Of a DNA stretch of 64,000 nt, positions 39,361 through 50,715 are shown piece after piece; position 1 is the first letter of the stretch, and each line of letters opens with the position of its first letter. Both the position numbers and the translations under genes were made by a program. Origin of the DNA: Bacteroidetes bacterium ADurb.Bin145 (GTDB lineage Bacteria; Bacteroidota; Bacteroidia; Bacteroidales; VadinHA17); contig MWDJ01000005.1 in NCBI GenBank assembly GCA_002070505.1, positions 73,627-137,626 on the forward strand. The letters run 5' to 3'. Below the pieces are notes generated by a model. It made no database searches and was not told the DNA's origin. It saw only the letters and a list, made by a program, of their open reading frames with translations.

Positions 39361-42228
39361 TTATTTTACATGTTTCCTGATCCTCTCAAACAGGTCGTGA
39401 GGTTTGAACGGTTTCAGAACATAGTCGTTGATATTCAGCTTATCTATTTTATCATGACTTTCCGACATTATTGCGGCAGTCAGTGCCACAATAGGGATAT
39501 TCCTTATCCTGGGATTTGTTGATTCCCTTATTATCCTTGTAGCTTCTATTCCATCCATTATAGGCATATGAAGGTCCATAAGTACAAGGTCAAAATCTTC
39601 CTTTTCGATTTCCTCAAGGGCAAGTTGCCCGTTCTCTGCATGAGATACTATTACACCCCATCCGGTAAGGAATTTATTGGCGACGAAGAAATTGATCTTG
39701 TTGTCTTCAGCTATCAGTATCCTCTTCCCCTCAAGTCCTATATATGATTCAGCAGCCTCTCCTTCGCTCGGCTTCATATTCTTGTCTGATACTTCAAGGA
39801 GCAGCGTGAAAATAAAAGTGGATCCGGAACCCGGTTCACTTATCACCTTAATTGTCCCGCCCTGCAATTCTACAAGCTTCTTGCATATAGCCAGACCAAG
39901 TCCTGTGCCTCCGAAACGTCGGGTTGTGTCTGATGACGCCTGTGTAAAACTCTCAAATATTACAGAGTGTTTCTCCTTAGGTATACCAATCCCGGTATCA
40001 CGGACTGAAAACTCCATCTGCGATTTTCCCTCTTTCCTTTCAATTTCCCTTATTGTAACCGTGATACCCCCCTGATTGGTAAATTTGAGTGCATTTGAGA
40101 GAAGATTGGAAAGTATCTGATTCAGTCTTATCTGGTCTCCGATAACTTCCTCCGGAAGATCCCCCTCCTTATTTATTTTAAAATCAAGATTCTTGGCTTT
40201 TGACCGGAAGGAATAGGATCGCATTATCTCTTCCAGAAAGTCATTAAAGTTGAACTGGGTTTGTTCAAAAACGATTTTGCCCGATTCCATTTTATTGTAA
40301 TCGAGAACATCATTCACAAGCGTCAGCAGATGGTTCCCTGAAAACCTTAGGGTTTTAATGAAATCCATCTGGTCTTCTCTCGGATTGCCCTGCAGAAGGA
40401 GGTTGGTTATTCCAATCACCTCATTAAGCGGCGTTCTTATTTCATGACTCATTGTCGACATAAAAAGCTGTTTCGACTGAGCTGCCTCTTCAGCCTTCTG
40501 ACGTGCAGTTATCAGGTTATCGAGCATTATCCTCCTCTGGATAGCTACTGCAATCTGATTGGCAATAAAGTCAAGTACATTGAGATCATCCCTGGAAAAT
40601 TTGTTTTCATTATTATAATCCTGCAGACACATAACACCTATTATATTGTTCTCAACCCGTAGTGGGACACCCATCCACACTTTGCAGTCTGTTCCTACAA
40701 GGTCTATCTCACCCGATTCCTCAAGTAATCTCAGATCCTTTTCTTTCAGTAGAACAGACTGGTTAGTTTTAATAAGATATCCTGTTATTGTTTTGCTTAT
40801 CGGGATCTCATTAAAGCTGTCTTTTTCGTCAGAGAAAAAAGGAAGAGAAAGCGTCTCTGTTTTTTTATCATAAAGAGCAATAAAGAAGTTATTGGTATCC
40901 CATATTTTACTTAGTTCTTTTACTATAGTAGGATATAACTCTTTGATATCCATCTGCTTGAGTGCAGCTGAGGAAATATTGTAAAGAACCTCCTGAAGGA
41001 CCTGATTCTTCTTTTCAGTTGTGATATTCCTGTAAATTCCAATATTCGCTACGGTTTCCTTATTGATAATGATCCCTGTTGCTACAAGAGAAACCTGTAA
41101 CTCATTGCCGGACTTGTCCTTTCTTACTGTCTGCCTGACCTCCTTTTGGTGAAGTGACACAAGATTGGTGATGGCAAATGCTTCATCCCTGAGCCTTTCA
41201 GGAACAATAAGATCATCGATATCTTCATTTACTGCTTCCTCGTAAGTATATCCGAAGAGATTCGTGAATTCCTTGTTTACCATAGTAATCTTGCCTAAAG
41301 GATCAGTAATTACTATGGCTTCAGGAGTAGAATCGATCAGATTTTCCAGGAAAGCTTTCTGTTTGATGATCTCAGTCTCAATATGCTTATGTTTACTCAC
41401 ATCAGTGACAGTTCCCCTGTAGCCTATTTTCTTGCCTTCGTGAAATATTGCAAATGAATGAGTTACGATAGGTATTAAGGCACCGTCATGACGCTTGACA
41501 AAATACTCATTGCTGGATATTTCTCCCGGAGATTTCAGAGCCTGGAGATTCATGAACATGTTAGCAGCGATTTCAGGAAAAACATCGGAAATGAACAGGC
41601 CTTTCTTTAAATCTTCCTTGGAGAAACCAAAAAGGTCAAGCCCCATTTTATTGCCATATACAACTCTTCCTTCCAGGTCAATCTCATAGATTATTCCGGG
41701 CAGCAGCTCTGCAAATGTCTGAAATAGCATCGATTGCCTGTAAATATCATCAGCTATCTTCTGTTCCTTCCCGGGCTCCCAGGTAATTATTATATTGCCG
41801 GAGGTCAGGATAAAACCCATATAAAAACCCTCAGAATCATCACCCGCGTCTGAAGCAGGTATCTTATGGGCAACTTTAAACTTCTGGACATGATTCAATA
41901 ATTCAATAAGCTTTCTGCGTTTGGAAAACGGAGTATCGTCAATGCATTTTCCAACAATATCATTTCGGTCTGTTAATTCTACTTCTTCAACTTTCTTATT
42001 TATATCTATAACATAGAATCTGCCGTCCTCTCCAAACCTAAACAAGGCAAGGTAACTGCTTATAGTATTGAAAATTTCTGTCAGGACATTTCCTATATCC
42101 TTGTTATCTTCGATAACTTTAGTGGAGGGTGCCTGAGATTTCTTTTTTCTGGTTTTGAGCAACTTAAGCTCTTTCTCCAGCCTGGTGTATTTCTCCTCAA
42201 GCTCAAGATATTTCTCTCTGTAATTCAT
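39361..42228 (-). CDS. hybrid sensor histidine kinase/response regulator (coiled coil, PAS x2-3, GAF, HisKA, HATPase_c, REC)
   Basis: H-box MSHEIRTPLNEVIG. N/G boxes LLSNALKFT and DTGIGIP...FGGTGLGLAICK. C-terminal REC with LVLMDLHMPIMDG and KPF. Confidence 0.85.
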   Translation of the reverse strand: MNYREKYLELEEKYTRLEKELKLLKTRKKKSQAPSTKVIEDNKDIGNVLTEIFNTISSYLALFRFGEDGRFYVIDINKKVEEVELTDRNDIVGKCIDDTPFSKRRKLIELLNHVQKFKVAHKIPASDAGDDSEGFYMGFILTSGNIIITWEPGKEQKIADDIYRQSMLFQTFAELLPGIIYEIDLEGRVVYGNKMGLDLFGFSKEDLKKGLFISDVFPEIAANMFMNLQALKSPGEISSNEYFVKRHDGALIPIVTHSFAIFHEGKKIGYRGTVTDVSKHKHIETEIIKQKAFLENLIDSTPEAIVITDPLGKITMVNKEFTNLFGYTYEEAVNEDIDDLIVPERLRDEAFAITNLVSLHQKEVRQTVRKDKSGNELQVSLVATGIIINKETVANIGIYRNITTEKKNQVLQEVLYNISSAALKQMDIKELYPTIVKELSKIWDTNNFFIALYDKKTETLSLPFFSDEKDSFNEIPISKTITGYLIKTNQSVLLKEKDLRLLEESGEIDLVGTDCKVWMGVPLRVENNIIGVMCLQDYNNENKFSRDDLNVLDFIANQIAVAIQRRIMLDNLITARQKAEEAAQSKQLFMSTMSHEIRTPLNEVIGITNLLLQGNPREDQMDFIKTLRFSGNHLLTLVNDVLDYNKMESGKIVFEQTQFNFNDFLEEIMRSYSFRSKAKNLDFKINKEGDLPEEVIGDQIRLNQILSNLLSNALKFTNQGGITVTIREIERKEGKSQMEFSVRDTGIGIPKEKHSVIFESFTQASSDTTRRFGGTGLGLAICKKLVELQGGTIKVISEPGSGSTFIFTLLLEVSDKNMKPSEGEAAESYIGLEGKRILIAEDNKINFFVANKFLTGWGVIVSHAENGQLALEEIEKEDFDLVLMDLHMPIMDGIEATRIIRESTNPRIRNIPIVALTAAIMSESHDKIDKLNINDYVLKPFKPHDLFERIRKHVK

Positions 42229-42304
42229 CCGGCCACACTTTTAGATTTTGTGCAAAATTAAATAAATACTGAGCTGATTGGTTTGTTTTAATAAGTAAAA
42301 CCTG

Positions 42305-42967
42305 CTATCTGTTAATATTTTTATTTCTGGTTGTTTGATCTTTGAAATATTTACAGAATCCGGACAGGCCACATTCGCTGCACATTGGATTCCGTGCTTT
42401 GCAGACATATCTTCCATGAAGTATCAGCCAGTGATGAGCATTATGCATCATCTCAACCGGGATGTTCCTCGTAAGCTGCTCCTCTGCATCCTTTGGAGTT
42501 CTGGCATTCCTGGTAAGACCAATCCTGGCCGAAACCCTGAAAACATGTGTGTCTACTGCCATTACCGGTTTCCTGAATATGACTGAAGCGATGACATTTG
42601 CAGTTTTCCTCCCGACACCAGGAAGCTTCTGAAGGAGAACCGGATCAGAAGGAATCTGCCCCTTAAATTCATCCACAAGCATTTTTGACATTCCGCACAG
42701 ATGCTTCGCCTTATTATTCGGATACGAACACGATTTTATGTAACTGAAGATGTCGGACTGATCAGCTTTCGCCATCGATTCGGCATCAGGATATCTTTCG
42801 AGCAAAGCGGGTGTGATCAAGTTGACCCTTTTATCTGTGCACTGAGCCGAAAGTATTACTGATACTATCAATCCAAATGGATCGTTATACTCAAGCTCTG
42901 TTCCGACAATCGGATTTGTAGCTGAAAAATAATTCAACGTCAATGCGTATCTTTCCTTTTGAGTCAT
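42305..42967 (-). CDS. nth: endonuclease III
   Basis: HhH-GPD motif LPGVGRKTANV, catalytic-region VDTHVFRV, and Fe-S motif CKARNPMCSECGLSGFC. Confidence 0.9.
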   Translation of the reverse strand: MTQKERYALTLNYFSATNPIVGTELEYNDPFGLIVSVILSAQCTDKRVNLITPALLERYPDAESMAKADQSDIFSYIKSCSYPNNKAKHLCGMSKMLVDEFKGQIPSDPVLLQKLPGVGRKTANVIASVIFRKPVMAVDTHVFRVSARIGLTRNARTPKDAEEQLTRNIPVEMMHNAHHWLILHGRYVCKARNPMCSECGLSGFCKYFKDQTTRNKNINR

Positions 42968-43061
42968 TTTACCAGATCATGCTTCCAGTGTGGTAAGTTA
43001 ATGATTTTATCTTTGTATATTAGCTGAATGAATCAAAAATTCAGGGTTCTTATCTTACCTG

Positions 43062-44141
43062 ATGACGGATTCAATAACTTTAACAACATATCAGAAAAGT
43101 AATTTGGAAAAAATAATCATATCCACTCCTGACTCGGTTTCAGGGATAGTTATCGGCGGAAGATGGGAAGCAGTGGTCCGGTTGCTTCCGGCCAGCAATG
43201 TTATAATAGTTACAGATACAAATATCTCGGGGATTTACGGAAAGAGATTTCCCCGGTTTCCTGTTCTTAAGATCAGACCGGGAGAAGACAGCAAACGCCT
43301 GAAAACAATTGAATCGCTTGCCGGGAAACTGTTAAATTCAGGAATTGACCGTTCAGGCTTCCTGCTTGGCATCGGAGGCGGGGTGGTGTGTGATATAACA
43401 GGTTTCCTTGCTTCTGTCTTTATGCGGGGGATCCGTTTCGGATATGTATCAACAAGCCTGCTTTCCCAGGTGGATGCAAGCACGGGAGGTAAGAATGGTG
43501 TCAACCTTGGAGAAACGAAAAATGTCATCGGCACTTTCCGGCAGCCGGAATTTGTGATCTGCGATACTACTATGCTTCGTACCTTACCGGACGATGAGTA
43601 TTCTTCGGGATTGGGAGAACTGATCAAGACCGGCATAATAGGAGACAGGTCTATAATAGAAATCCTTGAGGACAATTATGCAGATGTTCTTAAAAGGAAC
43701 AGGGATATTCTGTCGGTGCTGGTTGCTAAAGCTGTAAGATACAAAGCTTCGGTAGTGGCAAAGGACGAAAAAGAATCAGGATTGAGGCGTGTTCTTAATT
43801 TCGGCCATACTTTCGGACATGCAGTCGAACTTCATGATGGGGTAAAGCATGGATTTGCTGTTGCATCAGGAATGATGCTCGCAGCAACATTTTCCAGAAA
43901 CAAGGGGTTATTAAGGGATGATGATTTTAACAGGATAATGCACCTGCTGAAAAGATATAATTTCCCGACGGAAATTAATATGGATCCGGCAAAGATTGAG
44001 TCCCTGATCCTTCACGATAAAAAGAAAGCAGGAAGCGATATCAATTTTGTTTTTATTAAAGGATTTGAAAAACCGCTTATCAAAAAAATACCTTTACAGG
44101 AGGTGATTGATTTTTACAGGCAGAATTTAAAAGGAAATTAA
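43062..44141 (+). CDS. aroB: 3-dehydroquinate synthase
   Basis: Motifs GIGGGVVCDITGF, DASTGGKNGVN and LNFGHTFGHAVE. Confidence 0.85.
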   Translation: MTDSITLTTYQKSNLEKIIISTPDSVSGIVIGGRWEAVVRLLPASNVIIVTDTNISGIYGKRFPRFPVLKIRPGEDSKRLKTIESLAGKLLNSGIDRSGFLLGIGGGVVCDITGFLASVFMRGIRFGYVSTSLLSQVDASTGGKNGVNLGETKNVIGTFRQPEFVICDTTMLRTLPDDEYSSGLGELIKTGIIGDRSIIEILEDNYADVLKRNRDILSVLVAKAVRYKASVVAKDEKESGLRRVLNFGHTFGHAVELHDGVKHGFAVASGMMLAATFSRNKGLLRDDDFNRIMHLLKRYNFPTEINMDPAKIESLILHDKKKAGSDINFVFIKGFEKPLIKKIPLQEVIDFYRQNLKGN

Positions 44142-44145
44142 ATCT

Positions 44146-45138
44146 ATGAATTCTTTCGGAACCTTATTCAGAGTGTCGGTTTTTGGGGAATCCCATGGCC
44201 CGTCAATTGGAGTGGTAATTGATGGTTGTCCTCCGGGTATAACTGTCAGACCTGAAGATTTTCTGAATGATCTTAAAAGAAGACAAAGTGGCAGCAGGGG
44301 AACAACTGCAAGGCACGAACCTGATTTGCCGGAAATACTTAGTGGGATCCGCGAAGGTACTACCACGGGTTCTCCTCTGACAATAATTACGCGTAACAGT
44401 GATAAAAGATCTTCGGATTATGATCTGTTTAAAAGTATTCCTCGTCCGGGTCATGCAGATTTTACTGCCGGAGTTAAATATTCGGGTTTTGCCGATCTGA
44501 GGGGGAGCGGTCATTTTTCAGGAAGGATCACATGGGGACTTGTCGTCGCAGGTGTTATAGGGAGAAAGATTTGCCCCGGTATAGATATAGTTGCGAAGCT
44601 CATCTCGGCTGGCGGTTCTGAAGACATAGAAAATGCTCTGAATAAAGCAATGGAGGATAATGATACTATAGGCGGAATAATAGAATGTACCGTAAAGAAT
44701 CCTCCTCTTGCTTTAGGGGAACCCTTTTTCTATTCCTTCGAATCGGCTGTCAGCCATATAGTCTTTTCTATTCCGGCAATTAAAGGCATAGAGTTCGGTT
44801 CAGGATTCGCTTCGGCTGCTATGCGAGGATCGCGGAATAATGATCCATTCGTTGACACCAGGGGCCGCACTGCATCAAATAATGCTGGTGGGATAAACGG
44901 AGGTATTACAAACGGGAACGATATAATATTCAGGGTTGCCGTTAAACCAACTTCATCGACAGGAGTTGAACAGACAACAATGAATTTCTCAACCGGGAAA
45001 ATGGAAAAGCTCCAGGTAAAAGGGCGTCACGACACATGTATAGCATTAAGAATGCCTGTAATTATTGAGGCCGTCACTGCAATCACTATAGCAGACCTTT
45101 CTCTGATCGACAGGGGAATCTACGGAATACGTGAATAA
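44146..45138 (+). CDS. aroC: chorismate synthase (short form, 330 aa)
   Basis: Motifs FRVSVFGESHGPSIGVVIDGCPPG, RPGHADF, GRSSARET-like GSGHFSGR and KGRHDTC. Confidence 0.85.
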   Translation: MNSFGTLFRVSVFGESHGPSIGVVIDGCPPGITVRPEDFLNDLKRRQSGSRGTTARHEPDLPEILSGIREGTTTGSPLTIITRNSDKRSSDYDLFKSIPRPGHADFTAGVKYSGFADLRGSGHFSGRITWGLVVAGVIGRKICPGIDIVAKLISAGGSEDIENALNKAMEDNDTIGGIIECTVKNPPLALGEPFFYSFESAVSHIVFSIPAIKGIEFGSGFASAAMRGSRNNDPFVDTRGRTASNNAGGINGGITNGNDIIFRVAVKPTSSTGVEQTTMNFSTGKMEKLQVKGRHDTCIALRMPVIIEAVTAITIADLSLIDRGIYGIRE

Positions 45139-46469
45139 AATGTCGGGTTTGTGACTTTTATAATTAGTGCCTGCTCAGTAGCCGGCGTAATTCGGAATCT
45201 GTTATCGATCCTCTCTCCAATTACCCAGATTATTTTTCCTTCACATTCCATAACCAGTATCCTGTCTTTATCAAGTCTCGATAATTTCTTGTCGGTAAGA
45301 TAGTCGCTGAGCTTTTTTCTCCGGTTCATCCCTAAAGGATAGAAAAAATCCCCGGGTCTCCATTTCCTGATAACAACGGGGAAGGATATACTGTTATAAT
45401 CAAGACACGCAGTCAGAGAATCTGAAGGGATCTTATCATCAGGATTGATTTTTTTTCTTGTGACAGTTTTTATACATGGGATACTTCGCATCTCCTGATA
45501 AGTTCTTATTTTATAAAAGATCTCATCTTCCCGGGTCATTTCAGAAATAAGGATCCTGTCTCTGTCTTTAACGAACCTGTGTGTTCTGGTGAATACCTGT
45601 TTGCCGGTTTTCCCGGAAATAATCTTTTTCAGGTCGTTAAGTGTGGCAGTGGTGATGCCATAAGGTCTGAACAGCTCAAATAACAAACCATCGTTATGAA
45701 CAAATGATTTCAGCTTGTCAGCATTGAAAGCAATTCCGTTTTTCCCTTTTTCAGCTGCTTTGTCGCGTAAATTGCCGATGTAATCTGACACTGCTTCATA
45801 AATTTGTCCGAGTCTTTCCGCAGTCTCATTTATTGAATGTTCGGCTGAAGGATTTATCTCTCTTAGGACCGGAATCACAAGATGCCTGATTTTATTCCTT
45901 ACATATTTTGTTTCGCTGTTTGACCTGTCTTCCCTGTAGGTTATTTTCTGTTCACTGCAGTATCTTTCTATGGTATTCCGTTCTGCGAATAATAAAGGCC
46001 GTATTATCTTTTTATACGAAGGTCTGATCCCTGTAAGTCCAGCAATCCCGGTGCCTCTTGTAAGATTAATAAGAAAAGTTTCGATGCTGTCATTCAGGTT
46101 ATGAGCTATGGCTATATAATCATACCCGTTTTTCCTGCGTATCTCTTCAAACCATTTATACCTTAATTCCCGGGCTGCCATCTGGATGGATATTCCATTC
46201 TTTTTTGCATAGGCTGAAGTATTGAATTTTTTCGACCAGAAAGGTATATTGTTGACAGAAGCAAGCTTTTCGACAAGATCTTCATCCTTGTCTGATTCAC
46301 TACCACGAAGGCAAAAGTTGCAGTGAATAATTCCGACCTTATAACCAGATTTCAGAAACAGGTCAGCCATTACCATGGAATCGATGCCTCCGCTTACTGC
46401 AAGCAGTATCCTGTCATTCCTGCCTGCCAACCCCTTATCTTCAATATTTTTCAGAAATTCATCAAGCAT
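45120..46469 (-). CDS. tilS: tRNA(Ile)-lysidine synthetase
   Basis: PP-loop motif LLAVSGGIDSMV. 449 aa. The 3' end overlaps convergent aroC by 19 nt. Confidence 0.85.
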   Translation of the reverse strand: MLDEFLKNIEDKGLAGRNDRILLAVSGGIDSMVMADLFLKSGYKVGIIHCNFCLRGSESDKDEDLVEKLASVNNIPFWSKKFNTSAYAKKNGISIQMAARELRYKWFEEIRRKNGYDYIAIAHNLNDSIETFLINLTRGTGIAGLTGIRPSYKKIIRPLLFAERNTIERYCSEQKITYREDRSNSETKYVRNKIRHLVIPVLREINPSAEHSINETAERLGQIYEAVSDYIGNLRDKAAEKGKNGIAFNADKLKSFVHNDGLLFELFRPYGITTATLNDLKKIISGKTGKQVFTRTHRFVKDRDRILISEMTREDEIFYKIRTYQEMRSIPCIKTVTRKKINPDDKIPSDSLTACLDYNSISFPVVIRKWRPGDFFYPLGMNRRKKLSDYLTDKKLSRLDKDRILVMECEGKIIWVIGERIDNRFRITPATEQALIIKVTNPTFYSRIP

Positions 46470-46485
46470 AAACCATTATCCGTTC

Positions 46486-48426
46486 TTATTTATACAAAAG
46501 TATCGATGGAGGCCCTGATTCAAAATTATAGGGCTTGAGTAATTCTTCACCTGAAAAACGAAGATAGTTGATTCTGGAATGTTCAGGCAGATTAGGGAAG
46601 AAACCGATACGTATCTGAAAAGTATTAAATAGCAGATTATTATTTCTAATCCTGATCCCAACTCCTATGCTTGACACGAAATCACCTTCACCTACATTCT
46701 GGTTAGTGCCGAAGAGAAACCCAAGATCCGCGTATGAAAAGAAAGCAAATCTGAAGCCGTAGAAGTTCAGAGGACTGAAGACAACTGTTTCGAGATTAAT
46801 TGAAAGCCTCTGATTTCCCATTGTCGAATCATTACTGAACCCGCTGAACCCATGTTCTTTTACAATTGACAGGAACTCATCAGAGTACCTGTCAAAACCT
46901 CTCGTATAATCTATCTTGACAAAATTCCGGATACGGTAATTACCAATATAATTAAGATTGGAGAAATAGCTTGTTCTTAACAGTAACAGACCCTGTTCAG
47001 TATGTCTGCCGTTAAAAAAAGTTGATAATCCTGCAGATAAATAAGAATATCCAATTCCGGGAATTGTATGGCCGGTAGACAAATTAATGCCTCCGTAAAT
47101 CCTTTCTTTAAACTCGTTGATTTCTTTCCCGGCTGTAACATTTATAAGCAGACCATATGGGATATCCTCAGTCTGTCCGTAACTGTATATCAGGTTTGTC
47201 TTATAAAATTTCTGTCTTGAGAACGCAGCTGAGACCAGGAACATTTTATATTTCTGCAGGTTATGGAATGAATCAGGAAGTATGAAAGGGTGAGAGAAGA
47301 CATTATTGTTCATATATCTGATACCGAATATCAGCCTTGAAACAGATTCACTGTTCAGAAGAAATGAACGTGAAAGCCAGTAATCCTGAAGATTGTATTT
47401 AAGTGGTTCCGGTACTGTCATTGTGTCGAGATCTTCGGAGGTGAACATCTGTCTTACAGATATTCCCCCGGCATATTTTGTTGTAGCACTTACAAATTTG
47501 CGGTTAATATTTATTCCGTATGTTTCTTCACCAAGGCCATCGAAATAGAAGAGGTTAAGGTCGACGAATGATTTTGCGATATTGTTGAAGTTATACTTCA
47601 GCCCGAATCCCGGAGAGTCCGGAAGATCTTCATTATAGATCATTTCGAGCCTTATTTCGGATCCGAGTCCCAGTACATTTTTATCGAAAAGGGCGAGGAA
47701 TCCTTTTTCTACCGAGCTAAAACTGGCAGTACCGCCCAAAGCAAAAACATCTCGGGTCAGTACAATAATATCAACTTCGTCGCCAGATACAGGAACAACC
47801 AGTATCCTTGAATCGTTTATAAAGGGCAGATCTCTTAGAATTCTTTCGTTATCACTAAGGATAAGAGGAGATATGGTATCACCTTCACTGAACAGCAGGT
47901 TTTTCTTTATAATATATTCATTTGTATTCAGGTGGGTTTTGTTGAGAATGTTCTCTAGCTTATTAGGATCGGATGAGAACGGGTTATCAATCTCAGAGCC
48001 AAACACTTCCAGCCTCCTGATCTCAATTTTCCGTATCTTTTTACCGGTGAAGGGGTTGAAGGTTATTTCACTTGATACACTCAACTGCTTTGTGGCAGAT
48101 TGTTTATCAGAAACAATTACAAAATCATATAGTTTCCTGGTTACCAGGTGTTTGTAAGCTTTGAACTTTAATGAGTCAAGAAAAATGGGTGAAGTTCCGG
48201 TTAATAGTATCTTAGGGGGGATAAGGATATCGGTCTGTATCGGTCTGGCCAGTGTCTGAGGTATGGGTACATATCCGGGAGTAATGGAATTACCTGAATG
48301 ATCGTTTATTAATGCAGGATCATTCGCAACCCTGTTCTGGCAGTTAAGCGGATAATAAACAAAAAGAAATGCCAGTATAAACAGAGGCCCGACAGATCTT
48401 TTGTATTTTAACCCAGAGGAGCACAT
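46486..48426 (-). CDS. Omp85/BamA-superfamily outer-membrane protein with a single POTRA-like domain
   Basis: Signal peptide present. POTRA-like segment IRKIEIRRLEVFG...IKKNLLFSEGDTISPLILSDNERILRDLPFINDSRILVVP..GDEVDIIVLTRDVF. The long remainder has an alternating beta-strand pattern (DKNVLGLGSEI...). The family call is tentative. Confidence 0.5.
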   Translation of the reverse strand: MCSSGLKYKRSVGPLFILAFLFVYYPLNCQNRVANDPALINDHSGNSITPGYVPIPQTLARPIQTDILIPPKILLTGTSPIFLDSLKFKAYKHLVTRKLYDFVIVSDKQSATKQLSVSSEITFNPFTGKKIRKIEIRRLEVFGSEIDNPFSSDPNKLENILNKTHLNTNEYIIKKNLLFSEGDTISPLILSDNERILRDLPFINDSRILVVPVSGDEVDIIVLTRDVFALGGTASFSSVEKGFLALFDKNVLGLGSEIRLEMIYNEDLPDSPGFGLKYNFNNIAKSFVDLNLFYFDGLGEETYGININRKFVSATTKYAGGISVRQMFTSEDLDTMTVPEPLKYNLQDYWLSRSFLLNSESVSRLIFGIRYMNNNVFSHPFILPDSFHNLQKYKMFLVSAAFSRQKFYKTNLIYSYGQTEDIPYGLLINVTAGKEINEFKERIYGGINLSTGHTIPGIGYSYLSAGLSTFFNGRHTEQGLLLLRTSYFSNLNYIGNYRIRNFVKIDYTRGFDRYSDEFLSIVKEHGFSGFSNDSTMGNQRLSINLETVVFSPLNFYGFRFAFFSYADLGFLFGTNQNVGEGDFVSSIGVGIRIRNNNLLFNTFQIRIGFFPNLPEHSRINYLRFSGEELLKPYNFESGPPSILLYK

Positions 48427-49136
48427 CAGGTTTCATGATCGTTTCTTTCAAGAACATCATCTGAATTGAACTGGAATCCGAGTCTTTTACCGGTTATTAC
48501 CCTGGAATGTTGTATTTTAGCTTCAGCCTGACCTACGGTGGCAATTTTCACAGTATCATAGGGTGGTACCAGAAGATCAAACTCAAGAGCATACTGAATA
48601 GCTGTTTCAATAATCACCTGCAATGATTCCCTGCTTATCTGCTCATTTCCATAGTTGGTAAACAGCATCCCCATCTGCCTTTTCCCTTCCACAAAATACT
48701 GATTCTCATGGTTTATAAAAATCCTGGCTATAAGATACCCAAGGTCATCGAGCCTTGAGTACTTGAAGGAGTCAAAGAGGAAATTATAGATATTTATTAT
48801 GCCTGAATATGCATTATACTTATTTTTCTGAATATAAGCTGTTTTCCATGCCGGGTGTTCTCTGTCAAACTGAAAGATGTTTGAATGCATACTGAAGAAA
48901 AGAACATCGCCGGCAACTTTCATCTGGGCGTCAAATGTACTGCGGTCAGTATATTCCAGTTTGATCCTTGGATCAATCCCGGCCAGACTGTTATTGACTT
49001 CTTTTGCCAAATTTTTAAGAATATCTTTTACAATAAGAAATGAATTAAGGGTGTTATCATATACTTTTTCCTTCAGTACAGATTTTTCTTTGAGTGTTGA
49101 GATTATCGTTTGCTTCTTCTCGTTAGGATCAGGCAT
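48426..49136 (-). CDS. hypothetical cytoplasmic protein, translationally coupled to the Omp85-like gene
   Basis: 236-aa ORF with no signal peptide. Its stop overlaps the next start as TGATG (shared nt 48426). I recognised no family. Confidence 0.5.
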   Translation of the reverse strand: MPDPNEKKQTIISTLKEKSVLKEKVYDNTLNSFLIVKDILKNLAKEVNNSLAGIDPRIKLEYTDRSTFDAQMKVAGDVLFFSMHSNIFQFDREHPAWKTAYIQKNKYNAYSGIINIYNFLFDSFKYSRLDDLGYLIARIFINHENQYFVEGKRQMGMLFTNYGNEQISRESLQVIIETAIQYALEFDLLVPPYDTVKIATVGQAEAKIQHSRVITGKRLGFQFNSDDVLERNDHET

Positions 49137-49231
49137 GATGAATGATTCTTAAGGTGAAAATATGGCACCTAATTTAATAATAATTAATGAATTTTACTCA
49201 ACTGCATTATTCCTGCAGGTATAGTAAAGTG

Positions 49232-50707
49232 TCAATAAGACCTTGCAAAAAGGACTCTTCTTTTTGAAGGCTTGCCGGTGTAAATACATTTACCATCCTC
49301 CCTGGGAGAATCGAAGGGGATACAACCGATTGTAGCCTTTGTTTCATTCTTGATTTTCTCTTCTGTCTCTGTTGTCCCGTCCCAGTGAGCCATTACAAAA
49401 CCGCCGCGGTTCTCAATTATATCTACAAATTCTTCCCATTTATCTACACGATATGTATTTTGTTTGAGGAACTCTGAGGCCTTATTAAATATATTGTTCT
49501 GGATATCTTCGAGAAGGCCCGGAACATGATCATAAATGCTGGCCTGGGGAATAGTTTCCTTGATAAGGGTATCTCTCCTGGCAATTTCAACTGTATTATT
49601 CTCAAGATCACGAGGACCTATGGCGATTCTGACGGGTACACCTTTAAGTTCATAATCCGCAAATTTCCAGCCGGGTTTATTATTATCCCGGTCATCGTAT
49701 TTTACTGATATTCCTTTCTTCTCCAGTCCATCCTTAAGCCTTAAGGCAACTTTCGATATATCTTCAGCCTCATTACGGTTCTTATATATCGGGATAATAA
49801 CTACCTGTATCGGGGCCAGTTTAGGAGGTAATACCAGTCCGTGATTATCCGAGTGTGCCATTATCAGGGCTCCGATCATTCTTGTGGACAAACCCCACGA
49901 TGTTGCCCACACATAATCGAGCTTTCCTGTTTTGTCCGTAAATTGAACATCAAATGCTTTTGCAAAGTTCTGTCCGAGAAAATGACTGGTACCCGCCTGT
50001 AAAGCTTTGCCATCCTGCATCAGCGCTTCTATTGCATAAGTGTCGATAGCGCCGGCAAATCGCTCATTTTCAGATTTATAACCCCTAACAACAGGAAGTG
50101 CCATGAATTTTTCGGCAAATTCAGCATACACATTTATCATTCTTTCAGTCTCCTCAACGGCTTCTTCTCTCGTTGCATGTGCCGTATGACCTTCCTGCCA
50201 AAGGAATTCTGCTGTCCTGAGAAAAAGCCTGGTTCTCATTTCCCATCTCACCACATTGGCCCACTGATTGATAAGGATAGGCAGATCCCTGTAGGAATGT
50301 ATCCAGTTCTTATATGAGTTCCATATAATTGTTTCGGATGTGGGACGAACGACCAATTCCTCTTCAAGCTTCGCCTCAGGATCGACAATAACACCTTCCC
50401 CTTTTTCATCTTTCTTGAGCCGGTAATGGGTTACAACTGCACACTCTTTTGCAAATCCTTCTACGTGCTTAGCCTCTTTACTGAAGAATGACTTAGGGAT
50501 GAAAAGCGGAAAGTAAGCATTGACATGCCCGGTGGCTTTAAACATTTTATCAAGCTCCGCCTGAATTTTTTCCCAGATTGCATATCCGTAGGGTTTTATA
50601 ACCATGCAACCTCTTACAACCGAGTTCTCGGCCATATCTGCCTTGATAACCAGATCGTTATACCACTGTGCATAATTATCATCCCTGTTTGTTAAGAACT
50701 TAGCCAT
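49232..50707 (-). CDS. proS: proline--tRNA ligase (archaeal/eukaryote-like class IIa form)
   Basis: 491 aa. Motifs [32 protein letters not shown] and a C-terminal Zn-binding-like domain ending in ARSY. Confidence 0.9.
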   Translation of the reverse strand: MAKFLTNRDDNYAQWYNDLVIKADMAENSVVRGCMVIKPYGYAIWEKIQAELDKMFKATGHVNAYFPLFIPKSFFSKEAKHVEGFAKECAVVTHYRLKKDEKGEGVIVDPEAKLEEELVVRPTSETIIWNSYKNWIHSYRDLPILINQWANVVRWEMRTRLFLRTAEFLWQEGHTAHATREEAVEETERMINVYAEFAEKFMALPVVRGYKSENERFAGAIDTYAIEALMQDGKALQAGTSHFLGQNFAKAFDVQFTDKTGKLDYVWATSWGLSTRMIGALIMAHSDNHGLVLPPKLAPIQVVIIPIYKNRNEAEDISKVALRLKDGLEKKGISVKYDDRDNNKPGWKFADYELKGVPVRIAIGPRDLENNTVEIARRDTLIKETIPQASIYDHVPGLLEDIQNNIFNKASEFLKQNTYRVDKWEEFVDIIENRGGFVMAHWDGTTETEEKIKNETKATIGCIPFDSPREDGKCIYTGKPSKRRVLFARSY

Positions 50708-50715
50708 GTTTTTGG

